Assembly (NCBI GenBank): GCA_038734945.1 | Contig: JAVYOA010000002.1 | Span: forward strand, 124,001 to 188,000 | Reading direction: 5' to 3' | From: Fervidicoccaceae archaeon | Lineage (GTDB): Archaea > Thermoproteota > Thermoprotei_A > Sulfolobales > Fervidicoccaceae | DNA: 64,000 nucleotides | Shown here: positions 39,146 through 50,277 of the stretch, piece by piece | Numbering within the stretch: position 1 is the stretch's first letter | Layout: the number at the start of each line of letters is the position of its first letter | Notes under the pieces: model-generated | Told to the model about the DNA's origin: nothing | What the model saw: only the letters and a program-made list of their open reading frames with translations | The model's database searches: none | Translations under genes and position numbers: made by a program

Positions 39146-40513
39146 TCACCCCAAGAAGTATATATTGCTGTGGCTTCCTCTCCTTTTCTGAAGCAAATTT
39201 TTCAAGTGAAGCGTGTTGAGCAGATTTTCAGCTAAGCCTTCACCGAGAATGCTTGAGATGTCTCCCGCTTCAATGCAGCCATTGAGTCTCAGAGAAATGC
39301 TGATCTTTTCTGAAACAATCTTGGAAAGCTCTCCTTTGAGAAGCGGAAAGAAGCTCCTGATATATCCATCTATGACTGAAGCACTAACTTCCGCTGGGCG
39401 ACAAATTGAATATATTCTATCGTTCTCTACATATCTCGATAGAAGCCTGAGTTTTTGAGGTAATGAATCCAGAGATATTATGATTCTAGTTTTTCTCTGA
39501 GATGGATTGCTCTGAATCATTTCTCTTAGTTCCTCCAACATTGCTCTCGAAAAGGCTCTGAGTCTGTAGTTCTGTACTTCATTGGTCAGCGCTTCTGCCT
39601 CCTCAATGTTTGCTGAAGCTATTACAGCGTCATTTTTCCAACTCGAAAAGGTTGCATGCTCCTTTAGGGCAAAGGAAAGGCTGTATGTCAAGGAAGTCAT
39701 GTACTTCAGTATGAATAGAGAGACGAAGCGATCGAGCGGAAATATTCTTCCTGTTCCTATCTTCTTGAGCTCCTTTTCTGCAGCATCTAGATAGCTTAAT
39801 ATGCCTCCGAAGGGCTTTTCTCTGCTTCGTCTATGAATTGTTCGCAGAGGGCAAACAATTCCCCTATTAAATGGACACCTGGAGCTTCCCATGTATCTCG
39901 GGCATTCTAGCTTCTCTCCCTTAAAGATGCATGTTGGACCGAATTTAGGAACCAATTCGACCGAATATGTGAGCTTCCTATATGCCTTGATTATATGAAA
40001 TGAATATGCTGCTGTGAAGGGTATCAGTGAGGAGATTTCTTCGTAGGGAAGAAGAAAGCTCCCATTGTTCTTTATTCCATGAATCTTAGATACAATAACA
40101 GTATCTTCTTTCACAAGAACTCCTAGATGAACACCTCCTTCCAAAGAAACAAGATCTATTTTCTTCCCAATATCTTCACCTAGCTTTTGAAATACTTCTT
40201 TGGAACTAAGGGATTCTTGGAGGAGGAGGTATCCTTTCTTAGCTGCTGCAGGCTCCAAATTACTTCCGAAAATTTCCGAAAGGAGAAAAGAAAATTTTTC
40301 AGGACTTGAATAAACTATTTTTCTGTTTTTTCCCCCAACAAGAGTGAAGCCCTTGGAGCATTTTCCCTGATCCAGGCAATCTGCTATCCTGCGCAAATAT
40401 CTTGAGAGGCTGAGCTCAGGCAATATATTCTCATTGAAGCCCCCGCATATCCTCAGATAGCCTATCTCTCTGCATTCCTCTCCATCTATATCTTCAGCTG
40501 ACAAGTGACTCAA
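39146..40513 (-). CDS. Hypothetical protein, 455 aa, with a four-Cys cluster and possible C-terminal winged helix
   Basis: Long ORF filling the gap; C-x8-C-x8-C-x7-C; no family recognised. Confidence 0.75.
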   Translation of the reverse strand: MSHLSAEDIDGEECREIGYLRICGGFNENILPELSLSRYLRRIADCLDQGKCSKGFTLVGGKNRKIVYSSPEKFSFLLSEIFGSNLEPAAAKKGYLLLQESLSSKEVFQKLGEDIGKKIDLVSLEGGVHLGVLVKEDTVIVSKIHGIKNNGSFLLPYEEISSLIPFTAAYSFHIIKAYRKLTYSVELVPKFGPTCIFKGEKLECPRYMGSSRCPFNRGIVCPLRTIHRRSREKPFGGILSYLDAAEKELKKIGTGRIFPLDRFVSLFILKYMTSLTYSLSFALKEHATFSSWKNDAVIASANIEEAEALTNEVQNYRLRAFSRAMLEELREMIQSNPSQRKTRIIISLDSLPQKLRLLSRYVENDRIYSICRPAEVSASVIDGYIRSFFPLLKGELSKIVSEKISISLRLNGCIEAGDISSILGEGLAENLLNTLHLKNLLQKRRGSHSNIYFLG

Positions 40514-40610
40514 TCCTGCCTGATACTCGAATAAGCATATCGAAAGTATTTTTTGCCAGAAGGATCTAAATTTTTTTCCACTGTTTTTTCAATGGAACTG
40601 GGTGTAGCAA

Positions 40611-40895
40611 TTGAAAATACTAAGAGGAGAAAAGAAGCTGAAGAAAGGTCTGGTAAGGGTGAAAATGGAGATTGATGATAATGGAAGAATTGAGAGTATT
40701 ACCATAACAGGGGATTTCTTCATGATTCCCGAGGATTCTCTATGGAAGCTGGAAGAAGAGCTGATTGGAGCAAAGCTTGAAAGAGAGGAGATTTTGAAAA
40801 TTATTAAAAAAGTATTCGAGGAAACAAGAGCAACACTTGTTGGCTCTTCACCAGAGGAACTTACTGAAGCTATCTTGGAGGTTGAGGAAATTTGA
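40611..40895 (+). CDS. lplB: Lipoate-protein ligase small subunit (stand-alone C-terminal domain)
   Basis: KGLVRV, I.ITGDFF.IPE....LEE.L.G. Confidence 0.85.
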   Translation: MKILRGEKKLKKGLVRVKMEIDDNGRIESITITGDFFMIPEDSLWKLEEELIGAKLEREEILKIIKKVFEETRATLVGSSPEELTEAILEVEEI

Positions 40896-41665
40896 GCGGT
40901 GAGCTTAGAGTAGTTCTCACAGAATACCCGGAAAATTCCTATATGAACATGTCCTATGAGGAGGCCTTCTTTCTGAGCAGATGCAATGATTGGTCCAATG
41001 ATATTCTAAGGATATGGAGAAATGAGAATGCTGTAGTTATTGGAATCTTTCAGAGGGCAGATGAAGAGGTGGATCTGGATTTTGCCAGAGAAAAAAACAT
41101 TCAGGTTGTCAGGAGATTCACAGGTGGAGGAGCTGTGTATCATGATCTGGGAAATATCAACTTTGCTCTCTCCACGAAGATCCCTTCCAGCATGCCAAGA
41201 GGGGTTGACTTTCTCTATGAAAATCTAATAAATGGAGCGCTGGAAGCCTTAAGGCGTTTAGGATTCTCGCCAGCAAAGGAAAACATCAATGATATTGTGA
41301 TAGAGGGAAAAAAGGTGATCGGGGTAGCTGGAAGCCTGAGAGGAGATTGTGCGTTTCTGCATGGAGCTATGCTCTTCTCAACAAACCTGAGCACTCTTTC
41401 GAGAGTTCTAAAGGTTCCCCTAAAAAAACTCCAGGATAAAAAGATTGAATCTGTGAAGTACAGAGTATCAACAATTTCTCATTTGAAGCCGGAGCTTAGG
41501 TCAAAAGATGTGATCTCTGCTCTTATAGATGGATTTTCTGAGACCCTCGATTCTAGAGGTTATTATTTTGACATGCCCTTTGAAAAGGAGATAGAGTTGG
41601 CCAGAAAGCTCTATGCAGAGAAATACTCGACAAGCGCTTGGAACATGGAAAGAAGAAGGCCTTAA
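40892..41665 (+). CDS. lplA: Lipoate-protein ligase catalytic subunit
   Basis: NMSYEEA, VVRRFTGGGAVYHDLG, NDIVIEGKKV.G, HGAML. Confidence 0.93.
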   Translation: MSGELRVVLTEYPENSYMNMSYEEAFFLSRCNDWSNDILRIWRNENAVVIGIFQRADEEVDLDFAREKNIQVVRRFTGGGAVYHDLGNINFALSTKIPSSMPRGVDFLYENLINGALEALRRLGFSPAKENINDIVIEGKKVIGVAGSLRGDCAFLHGAMLFSTNLSTLSRVLKVPLKKLQDKKIESVKYRVSTISHLKPELRSKDVISALIDGFSETLDSRGYYFDMPFEKEIELARKLYAEKYSTSAWNMERRRP

Positions 41666-41712
41666 TACCCTTCGAATAATCAGGTTAAATTGTCAGGAGG
41701 TAGGGTATCATA

Positions 41713-43332
41713 ATGGTTCACTGGATTTACGAAATAGCAGATAGTGTTGAGAAAAGGGCCAGAGAGAGGGGGATCAAGGAAATCACACTCAACGGTGGGC
41801 TATCAGTTTCAGGTCTTCAACATATAGGAAGGCTTAGAGGAGAAGTGCTGATTGGAGAAGCTGTTAGGAGGATCTTGGAAAAAAGAGGATATAGAGTTAA
41901 GCAGCTCATTGTTCTCTATACACAGGATGCTTGGAAGGGAAAAGAAGGGCAGCTGAAACAATTTGAAAGAAACGAAGGAGAAAAGTACATTGGACACCCT
42001 CTAATTAGAGTTCCTGATCCGCACGGATGCCACGGCAACTGGGTAGAACACTACTGGGAAGATTTTGGTGGAGTGCTAGATAAGTTCTCAGATGGGAAAA
42101 TAGAAATTGTAAAAACAACTGATCTGTATTCTAGAGAACTGAAAGATGTGGCCAAGGAATTCATTGAAAAAAAGGAGCTTACTAGATCTGTTGTGAACAA
42201 ATACAGAGGGAGAAATCCCTATCCAGAAGATTGGATACCAATAGAGCCAATATGCGAAAAATGTGGGAGGATAGATACTACAAAAGCTGTCAAAATAGAC
42301 GGAGAGTTTGTGGAGTACAAATGCAGAAACTGTGGATATCAAGGACGGACAAAAATTGATAATGGTAAGCTGAACTGGAGGCTGGAATGGTCGGGGATCT
42401 GGAAGGCTCTCAGAATTGATTTTGAACCATTCGGAAAAGACCATGCCACCCCCGGAGGAAGCAGAGATAGCTGTGTGGAATTAGCTCGAACCGTTTTGAA
42501 CATTGAGCCTCCGATAGGGCTTCCCTATGAATGGGTTGCTATAAGGAAAGATGGAAAGGAAATGGACATGGGCTCAAGTGATTTTATTGGAATTACGCCC
42601 AGAGATTGGCTCTCTATCGCCCATCCGGAGGTTCTCAGGTATATATACTACTTCACTCCTCCCAGAAAAAGAATTGTCATTGATCTCGAAGAAATTCCGC
42701 AGTACTATGAGCTCTTCTATAGAGGAGAGAGGTCGTACTTTGCTTTGAAAGAAGGAAGGGAAATGGGGGATGAAGATAGATATGCTGCTGAGAATTATGA
42801 ACTATCATTGCTAGGCGAGCCTCCAGAAAAGCTTCCATTCCAGTTATCATACTACACAGCAGCTCTTCTGGTTCAATCACTTCCAAAGGACAACTTCACT
42901 GAAGCGGCAATGAAGAGGCTCAGATCCTCTAAGATTATTCCAGAGGAGCTATCAGAGTTCGAAAAGAAGAGGATATCAGAAATATTGACGAAGGCTCTAG
43001 TTTGGGTGGAAAGAATTGCTCCTGAACAGATAAAGTACAGCATATCCCCGGCTATCCCATCTGAAGTTAGGAGTGCACTGAAGTTCAGAGATTCGCTGAT
43101 TGAATTAGGAAAGAGAATAATTTCGCTTGAAAATTGGAGCGAGGATGCTATAAAAGAAGCAATGATTAACCATACATCGAACATGTCAGTAGATGAGAGA
43201 AAGGAGTTCTATAGGGAATTTTATATTGTCATGCTTGGAAAGGAGAGCGGGCCTAGAGCTGCGCCGCTGCTCTCAGCTCTTGGAAAGGAAATAGTGAAGA
43301 AGAAGCTTTTGGAAGAGCTCGAGAGTAATTGA
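41713..43332 (+). CDS. lysS: Class I lysyl-tRNA synthetase
   Basis: GLSVSGLQHIGR, KLNWRLEW, FEPFGKDH, MGSS, GPR; CxxC zinc motifs. Confidence 0.96.
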   Translation: MVHWIYEIADSVEKRARERGIKEITLNGGLSVSGLQHIGRLRGEVLIGEAVRRILEKRGYRVKQLIVLYTQDAWKGKEGQLKQFERNEGEKYIGHPLIRVPDPHGCHGNWVEHYWEDFGGVLDKFSDGKIEIVKTTDLYSRELKDVAKEFIEKKELTRSVVNKYRGRNPYPEDWIPIEPICEKCGRIDTTKAVKIDGEFVEYKCRNCGYQGRTKIDNGKLNWRLEWSGIWKALRIDFEPFGKDHATPGGSRDSCVELARTVLNIEPPIGLPYEWVAIRKDGKEMDMGSSDFIGITPRDWLSIAHPEVLRYIYYFTPPRKRIVIDLEEIPQYYELFYRGERSYFALKEGREMGDEDRYAAENYELSLLGEPPEKLPFQLSYYTAALLVQSLPKDNFTEAAMKRLRSSKIIPEELSEFEKKRISEILTKALVWVERIAPEQIKYSISPAIPSEVRSALKFRDSLIELGKRIISLENWSEDAIKEAMINHTSNMSVDERKEFYREFYIVMLGKESGPRAAPLLSALGKEIVKKKLLEELESN

Positions 43333-43354
43333 GCTTGTAACTGCATCAAGTTCG

Positions 43355-44389
43355 CTAAATTGAAGCTTTTTCGACTGCTTCAATGCAGGATATGCCGGAG
43401 CCTAACTCCATCAATAGCTTCATTATTTCGCTTTTTTCTGTCTCTATATTGAGGACCACTGCCAGAGGCAGCGCCGGAGTGAAAGGATAAGAAGCATATC
43501 TAAGTGATGCCGTTCTTCGCGCTTGCCTTCTCAATGATCTGACTATCTGGAGCTCAGGACTTTCACCTTTCTCGACAGTACCACCATATTGAGTGATTAT
43601 TTTGGAAAATAGCTGAGCTATCCCCTCACTCTGAATAGATTCCAGTATTTCCTTGCCTCTCACTCTGCATCCTCTTGCTTTCTCTATTATCGAGGTCGTT
43701 ACGCGATTGCTTCCATCAATTCTCACGGCATTAACTGAAAGAAATAGAATCTTCTCATCTATATAATAGCAGAGAGTATCTAAAATCTCCTGCTTCCTAA
43801 TTTGATTAAGCTCAGATACTTTCCTATTAAGTAATTCTATTATATTCAAAAAGAGAGAGAGCTGAAATGTGCTGATTCCTCCTCCTTCTTCTAGAGATTT
43901 CAGAGATTGGAGAAGTGCTTCCCTAATTTCTTTTTTGCTAACTATTTTTTGAATCACAGTTTTTATTTGAGGCGGTGAGCTTCCAAGGGTAAAGGCAGTT
44001 TGCTCCACCAGGTTTCTAAGCAATTCCCCTTCATTTTTTGGCATTGCTGAAATAGCTCTTGAGAGATCTCCCGTGGACTCGAATATTTTTATTCCCAATA
44101 GAACTGAAGAAATTTTCTCCCACGATAGAATTATTTCTATTATTTCTTCTGCTTCTGTTGGAGCTAGCTCTAATATCTTCTCCACCCTTTTTTCTGCTGC
44201 CAATTCCAGCTGAGCAGAGAGCTCCATGAGGTTTCTTATCCCTGCTGGTATGTCATAGCCATGATCTCTTAGAATCTGCGCAATTTTTTCTGGTGCTTCT
44301 CCTTCACATATTTCTCTAAGTGACTGCTGTGTGAAGAACTTTTCCTTCTGTGCATAAAGCTTTGGAAGAAGATATTGGTAAGTCTTCAA
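43355..44389 (-). CDS. atpC: A/V-type ATP synthase subunit C (divergent)
   Basis: N-terminal YQYLLPKLYA.K..F, helical 344 aa, C-terminal YPFT...L......E.E...I. Confidence 0.7.
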   Translation of the reverse strand: MKTYQYLLPKLYAQKEKFFTQQSLREICEGEAPEKIAQILRDHGYDIPAGIRNLMELSAQLELAAEKRVEKILELAPTEAEEIIEIILSWEKISSVLLGIKIFESTGDLSRAISAMPKNEGELLRNLVEQTAFTLGSSPPQIKTVIQKIVSKKEIREALLQSLKSLEEGGGISTFQLSLFLNIIELLNRKVSELNQIRKQEILDTLCYYIDEKILFLSVNAVRIDGSNRVTTSIIEKARGCRVRGKEILESIQSEGIAQLFSKIITQYGGTVEKGESPELQIVRSLRRQARRTASLRYASYPFTPALPLAVVLNIETEKSEIMKLLMELGSGISCIEAVEKASI

Positions 44390-44712
44390 CCATAACCCCC
44401 CAGAAACCTTTCCACGACTTTTTCAACAGCAGCTTCCATTTTTTCCTTGGCTTTCCTCTCTAAATCGTCAAGCACTTCTTTCTCTCTTTTTCCATATTTT
44501 TCCTTTAATTCAGCTGTTTTTCTTTCCTTCTCTCTTTCTAGCTCACTTTTAGCATCCTCGATTATTGACCTTGAAAGCTGTTCGAGGCTTTCCAAGGTCG
44601 ATTCAGCTAGGGAAATTAGCTCTTCTCCCTTTTTCTTATATGTTTCCACTTCCTCCGTGACGCTATTCTCAAAATTTACAAATGCCTTGATTACCTGGGA
44701 AGCTCTTTTCAT
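44386..44712 (-). CDS. A-type ATP synthase peripheral stalk subunit H (G)
   Basis: Charged coiled coil of 108 aa ending AKEKMEAAVEKVVERFLG; adjacent to subunit C. Confidence 0.65.
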   Translation of the reverse strand: MKRASQVIKAFVNFENSVTEEVETYKKKGEELISLAESTLESLEQLSRSIIEDAKSELEREKERKTAELKEKYGKREKEVLDDLERKAKEKMEAAVEKVVERFLGGYG

Positions 44713-45503
44713 GTTTTCTCACCTGAGGTTTTTCTCAGGAAGACCATGATGTAACCACTGAAGACCTTCTGAAAAAAAGCTGGTCTGATCGCACCTCCTT
44801 CTCTCTCATATTCTCTGCTCATGATCTCCAGCACTTTGTAGGGGTAATATCTTTCTATTACTCTTGGATCATTTAAGGTCTTTAATATTTGGTTTACGCT
44901 TGGAACAAATACAATAACTCTTGCAGAGGAGCTAAGAGATGAATATATGGAAGTCATTGCCTCCCATGGATCGGGAATGTCGAGAAAAAAGGCATCGAAC
45001 CCCTTTTCGTCAATGCCCTTTCTTATGTCTTTTACAAATATTCTATCTCTAACATCATAGCCAAGTAGCTTCAAATTTTCAATTGCCGTTGTGGCCATAT
45101 CATCCCTAATTTCATAACCGTAATATTCTTCCTTATTTCTGATAGCTTTTAGAATGTGGGCTGTAAGGAATCCTGAGCCCACTCCTGATTCCCCTACCAT
45201 GCTTCCGGGACCTATTCCTGAAAGAGAGATCATTATCGCAGCATCCTTCTCATAAATGACCTGACTTTTTCTCCTGAACAAGTTATAGACTACTTCCAGA
45301 TATGATGGTTTCTGAAACATAACCTTGAAACCGGTTGAAGTTTCTATAGATTCTCCCCAATTCCTATTCAAAATGTCATTGTGCCTCAGAATTCCGTACT
45401 TAGTCTGAACAACCTTGTTCCGCTCAAGAATGATCACTCTTTCCTCTCCATTTGGAAAGATGATGAGAGCTGCTTCACCCTCAGCTGGACTCTCTGGAAT
45501 CAT
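44709..45503 (-). CDS. trmI: tRNA (adenine-57/58-N1)-methyltransferase
   Basis: TKYG, SQVIYEKD, ESGVGSG.LT, YEIR, LDIPDPW; start placed at ATG 45503. Confidence 0.92.
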   Translation of the reverse strand: MIPESPAEGEAALIIFPNGEERVIILERNKVVQTKYGILRHNDILNRNWGESIETSTGFKVMFQKPSYLEVVYNLFRRKSQVIYEKDAAIMISLSGIGPGSMVGESGVGSGFLTAHILKAIRNKEEYYGYEIRDDMATTAIENLKLLGYDVRDRIFVKDIRKGIDEKGFDAFFLDIPDPWEAMTSIYSSLSSSARVIVFVPSVNQILKTLNDPRVIERYYPYKVLEIMSREYEREGGAIRPAFFQKVFSGYIMVFLRKTSGEKT

Positions 45504-47994
45504 GCTTCTCACCAGCGATGTGAATGCCAACGGGAGAGGTGGAATCTTTTCCATAATATCCTTTCAATAGCTCCCTAGCAGCATCCTTCAGGTACTGCAT
45601 CACATCTATATCTCTCAAGTGAAGAGATCTTGATATTTCTTCCCATGACCTCCCTTGAAGGACTTTCTGGAGAAGTATGATCTCCTCCCTCTCTCCAAGC
45701 CTTATGATTTCCCCCATATCGCTTTCGAAGTAGAATCTAGCCAGTTCCCACATGATATCGCTGACAGCTTCATATGTCATTGGCCCGTAAACATATATCC
45801 ATAGCCTATCAATATCCATTTCGCTCATTTTTGGTGGCTGAGATTTTACCTTATTAGTGCTTCTGATAATAGAAATTGCCACATCGCTCTCTAGATCTTT
45901 GTAAACATCCCTTAGGCTTTTGACTAATTTCCTCTTCATGTACAGTCTTCCTAATTCCACTATTTCCTTAGCCACACTGCTCAATCCTTTGAGCACAATA
46001 ACCGTGTATTCCCCACTGATCGGATTTCTATCTGGACTCATGTGGATTGGCGTGAATCCGTTCTTAATCCAGAAAGACAGCAGCTTGTTATTTACTCCGA
46101 AGCCACTGCCAACCCAATCCATACCCATAGCTGTTGCTTCCTCTACTAGCTTCTTGAGAGCAAAAGATCCTATCCCTTTGCTCTGGACCCTTGGATGCGT
46201 GGCAATTCTCACAATTCTAATTCCTCTCAGAAATCCCATTTCCCAAATTCTGATATGTTTTAAAACTCTATCTGGAATTATGTTTCCTGGTATTTTGTTT
46301 CCTCTCAGTAGTGTGTCAACAGTTTGTTCATCCAGCCCCCCTTCCACTGCAAGCTGCAGTGAGCATAGAACCTTCCTGCTGTTCTTAGTCATAACTGCTC
46401 TTATGAGGTGGTGAGGTGCATCCGCAAGCATCGCCAGATCGTCAGGCTGGTTTCTATAGTGAGCCAGAACGTATATGCCGAAGATAGACCTAAGCAATTT
46501 TTCTTTTTCTTCAGTAAACAGCTCTTCGGGTCTGATTGAAACGTACTCCAGATCCCCTCTCTCTATATCTTGAATGTCGTTCTCATCCAGCTCATCCGGC
46601 TCAGCATCCAGCAGAAGTGTTCTATAGAGCCACTTCTCCACTGGATCCTCTTCCCCGTATCTTATCGGAGTTTTCAGCTCGCATGATGAAATTTCGATGT
46701 TCTTCATATTTTTCAGCTCTCCCAGAAATCTCACCGAGAAGCCCCTTCCTCCTCCCTCATAGCCATGCAATGTAGCAGAAAAGGCTATTCTGTCATGGGA
46801 TTTTAGAATATTCATCAGAAGAGGAACATGAATGCCTGAGGCCTCATCTACGGCCACGATATCGCCCTTGATCTTCGGAACGCTCAGAGGAGACCAGTAT
46901 TCTATTGAGAAAAACGGCCCTTGGAGCTCAATTATGTTTCCTCCTCTCTGAACGGCATTGACTTTATATCCAAGCGCTTCTGCTGCCTTTTTCGCCAGAA
47001 GAAAGAGAGACTGGACATTTTGAGGCTCAGGAGATGTAACTATTATTCTAACCTTGTGCTTGAACTCCTTCATTGATTCTGCTATTCCAATCAATCCAAT
47101 TCCAAGCGCACATGATTTCCCTCTTCCTCTATCAGCAGTTATTAGAACTACCTTTTTCCAACCTTTCCTTGGTTTGTCTATGAGCGTCTCCAGCGTAACT
47201 GCCGCCATAACCTGGTCTGTGGTTAGGGCAAGTTCGTAAAGCTTCCTGGGAAATTTTGTTTTCTCTGGAATGGATTCTTCTATGTTCTGCTCCTTCTGAG
47301 GCCTTTCAAGTTTTACCTTCGCATTCTTAACAATTCTGTCGCTCCCCAAATCATATATATAAGTCCCTTCAGCTTTCATGAGAGTCCGTATGAACCATGA
47401 TATGAAGACATGTCTGGGCTCGGAATAGCCGGGTACTAGCAATCTCTGCTTGAATATTGTCAGCTTATTTCCCCAACTATTGAGGTCAGGAGCTATGAAG
47501 ATTACTATTCCTCCTCCTCTCACTGTCTCCACCAGTCTACCAACATCATTAGGCCTCAAGTCATCTGATAGATCGAGCACCAATGCGTCGAATGTGGTTC
47601 CCAAATATTTGTCGCTCTTTTCATAGATGTCTATTCTTCTCTCTTCCCCACTTTCCTTTCCCTTTTTCCTCATTTTCAAGAACTGTCTGAATACTTCCTT
47701 TCTTATTCTGGATTCTTCGAGCTCATCGTGATATATATATAGAACTCTGGCCTTCCTGCCAGTTAGCTTTCGAAGCTCAAGAGAGTATTGGTGGATTATA
47801 TAGGCTGCATAAAATCCCTGTTTACCTGGATCGCCTCCAGATAGAACTATGAGCCTTCTGTGCCTGCTCTCAAGATATCTTTTAGTGTTTCTCCTTATTT
47901 TACCTGAAAGTTTCTTTAGAGATGGAGAAAGGCTCTTGAGCAGTTCCGCTATTTTCTCTCTGGAGATCTCCTCGATCTCCCTTCGTCCAAGCAA
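45481..47994 (-). CDS. tmcA: RNA cytidine acetyltransferase TmcA/Nat10
   Basis: HRRL, TADRGRGKS, VDEA, TLHGYEGGGRGF, AHYRNQPDDL, RIVRIATHP..Q.KGIGS. Confidence 0.96.
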   Translation of the reverse strand: MLGRREIEEISREKIAELLKSLSPSLKKLSGKIRRNTKRYLESRHRRLIVLSGGDPGKQGFYAAYIIHQYSLELRKLTGRKARVLYIYHDELEESRIRKEVFRQFLKMRKKGKESGEERRIDIYEKSDKYLGTTFDALVLDLSDDLRPNDVGRLVETVRGGGIVIFIAPDLNSWGNKLTIFKQRLLVPGYSEPRHVFISWFIRTLMKAEGTYIYDLGSDRIVKNAKVKLERPQKEQNIEESIPEKTKFPRKLYELALTTDQVMAAVTLETLIDKPRKGWKKVVLITADRGRGKSCALGIGLIGIAESMKEFKHKVRIIVTSPEPQNVQSLFLLAKKAAEALGYKVNAVQRGGNIIELQGPFFSIEYWSPLSVPKIKGDIVAVDEASGIHVPLLMNILKSHDRIAFSATLHGYEGGGRGFSVRFLGELKNMKNIEISSCELKTPIRYGEEDPVEKWLYRTLLLDAEPDELDENDIQDIERGDLEYVSIRPEELFTEEKEKLLRSIFGIYVLAHYRNQPDDLAMLADAPHHLIRAVMTKNSRKVLCSLQLAVEGGLDEQTVDTLLRGNKIPGNIIPDRVLKHIRIWEMGFLRGIRIVRIATHPRVQSKGIGSFALKKLVEEATAMGMDWVGSGFGVNNKLLSFWIKNGFTPIHMSPDRNPISGEYTVIVLKGLSSVAKEIVELGRLYMKRKLVKSLRDVYKDLESDVAISIIRSTNKVKSQPPKMSEMDIDRLWIYVYGPMTYEAVSDIMWELARFYFESDMGEIIRLGEREEIILLQKVLQGRSWEEISRSLHLRDIDVMQYLKDAARELLKGYYGKDSTSPVGIHIAGEKHDSRESS

Positions 47995-48017
47995 AAATCT
48001 TTTACCTCCAGAAAAAA

Positions 48018-50207
48018 TTAGAGAGTTAGCCTCTTAAGCTGCTTGGCCAATCTCTCATATTTTTCAATGTCTTCTTTCGTTAGCGAGGGCTGAACCTGCT
48101 CCATTGCCTTCAGGAAGTACTTCATATCTATTGCTCTAGCCTCCAGTTTTTCCCTTAGAGCAAGCATAACTGCCTCTCTAACGAGAGCTTCGAGATCAGC
48201 TCCAGTATATCCTTCAGTCATCTCTGCCAGTTTCTCCAAATCTACGTTTTGTGCTAGTGGAACTCTCTTTGTGTGAATCTTCAGTATGCTCAATCTAGAT
48301 TCCTTGTTGGGTGGAGGAATGTATATGAGTCTATCAAATCTTCCAGGCCTGAGAAGAGCTGGATCTATGATGTCCGGTCTGTTGGTAGCAGCTATTACTA
48401 CAACGTTTGTCAGAGGCTGAATTCCGTCCATTTCAGTCAATATCTGGTTTACGATTCTGTCCGTAACGCCACTACTATCATATCTAAGTCCCCTAGCTGA
48501 GGCAATAGAGTCGATTTCATCGAAGAATATTATGGTAGGAGCAACCTGCCTTGCCCTCCTGAATATCTCCCTTATTGCCTTCTCGCTCTCTCCAACCCAC
48601 TTGCTCAATATTTCTGGACCTCTAACTGCTATGAAGTTGGCCTCACTCTCAGTTGCTGCTGCCTTGGCAAGCATTGTCTTCCCAGTTCCAGGAGGACCGA
48701 ACAGGAGGATCCCCTTCGGCGGCCTGATTCCCATGGAATCGTAGATGTTTGGATATTTGAGGGGCCACTCAACTGCCTCCCTAAGCTGCTGCTTCGCTTC
48801 CTCCAGCCCTCCTATATCGCTCCATCTCACGTTTGGCACTTCAACATAGACCTCTCTTATCAGCGATGGGCCTACATCCTTCATTGCAGATAGGAAATCG
48901 TTCCAACTCACCTTTAGCTCCTTGAGAATTTCGGGCCTTATTGGCCTATTTACATCGATTTTCTTCTCTTCAATGAACCTCCTTATAGCGTTCATAGCAG
49001 CTTCCTTAACCAGTGCTGCTATATCTGCTCCTGTGAAACCGTGGGTCATTGAGGCTATTTTCTCCAAATCTACGTCATCAGCCAAGGGCACGTTCCTGGT
49101 ATGAACGAGGAGAATTTCCTTCCTTGCTTTAACATCTGGTGGGCCAATCTCTATTTCTCTGTCAAATCTTCCTGGCCTTCTGAGAGCAGGATCAACTGCA
49201 TTTGGCCTATTTGTAGCACCAATAACAACAACTCTTCCCCTCTCTTTCAATCCATCCATAAGGGTGAGGAGCTGGGCAACTACCCTTCTCTCAACCTCTC
49301 CTGTGACCTCCTCTCTCTTTGGAGCAATGCTATCAATCTCATCAATGAATATTATTGAGGGGGCATTCTCCTGGGCCTGCTGGAATATTTCCCTAAGCCT
49401 CTGCTCGCTCTCTCCATAGAACTTGCTCATTATCTCTGGACCGCTTATAGCTATGAAGTAAGCTCCAATCTCATTTGCGAGCGCCTTGGCAAGCAGGGTT
49501 TTTCCTGTACCTGGAGGACCATAGAGAAGCACTCCTTTTGGAGGCTCAATTCCAAGATGCCTGAAAAGCTCAGGCTGCCTCATAGGCAGCTCAACGATCT
49601 CCCTTAGCTTCCTCTTTGCTTCCTCAAGGTCTCCTATATCCTCCCAGGTTACTCTCGGTACCTCTCCAGCCTCCACTATGCCCTTTTCCGGCTCTTCTTT
49701 CAATATAAGCTCGGTAGATGGAGTTACATACACATTTGCCGTTGGTTGAGTAGAGGTTACAACCATTGTGAGTTCTTCACCGAAAGGAGAGAGGGGGATC
49801 TGAATTGTCTCCCCTCTCCTTAGGGGTTTACCTTCCAGCTCCTCTTTCAAATATGATGCAAGGTACTCTAGGTCAATTGGGAATAATCTTATGTTTTCCA
49901 CTGGAGCAAGAGTTACTTTTGTAGCTGGAGAGGCCTCGGCTTTCCTAACAGTTACGGTCTCTCCAACACTGACTCCAATTGCCTTTCTTAGAAAGCCATC
50001 TATTCTAACAATATCTTTGTCCTCATCCTCGGGATAGGCTGGCCATGCCTGTGCAAGAACATTTCCCTTGCTTCCTTCAAGCTCTATGAAATCTCCGGTA
50101 TTCAGACCAAGCTTCTCCATAATCTTCGTGCTTATCCTGGCTCTTTTTCTTCCTACATCTCTCGACCTTGCTTCACCAACAGTGAGCTTTATTTCCTTCT
50201 CCAACAA
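48018..50207 (-). CDS. cdc48: CDC48/VAT family AAA+ ATPase
   Basis: N-domain RDVGR, two AAA modules [19 protein letters not shown]. Confidence 0.97.
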   Translation of the reverse strand: MLEKEIKLTVGEARSRDVGRKRARISTKIMEKLGLNTGDFIELEGSKGNVLAQAWPAYPEDEDKDIVRIDGFLRKAIGVSVGETVTVRKAEASPATKVTLAPVENIRLFPIDLEYLASYLKEELEGKPLRRGETIQIPLSPFGEELTMVVTSTQPTANVYVTPSTELILKEEPEKGIVEAGEVPRVTWEDIGDLEEAKRKLREIVELPMRQPELFRHLGIEPPKGVLLYGPPGTGKTLLAKALANEIGAYFIAISGPEIMSKFYGESEQRLREIFQQAQENAPSIIFIDEIDSIAPKREEVTGEVERRVVAQLLTLMDGLKERGRVVVIGATNRPNAVDPALRRPGRFDREIEIGPPDVKARKEILLVHTRNVPLADDVDLEKIASMTHGFTGADIAALVKEAAMNAIRRFIEEKKIDVNRPIRPEILKELKVSWNDFLSAMKDVGPSLIREVYVEVPNVRWSDIGGLEEAKQQLREAVEWPLKYPNIYDSMGIRPPKGILLFGPPGTGKTMLAKAAATESEANFIAVRGPEILSKWVGESEKAIREIFRRARQVAPTIIFFDEIDSIASARGLRYDSSGVTDRIVNQILTEMDGIQPLTNVVVIAATNRPDIIDPALLRPGRFDRLIYIPPPNKESRLSILKIHTKRVPLAQNVDLEKLAEMTEGYTGADLEALVREAVMLALREKLEARAIDMKYFLKAMEQVQPSLTKEDIEKYERLAKQLKRLTL

Positions 50208-50277
50208 GAATTCACCCTACTTAATATTATTATGAATTAATAATAATTTTAACAAGCCTTTATTTTTTGATTTCACT

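Noticed and set aside
40611..41665. Split lipoate ligase as a novelty
   Set aside because: Bipartite LplA/LplB is established in archaea (Thermoplasma)
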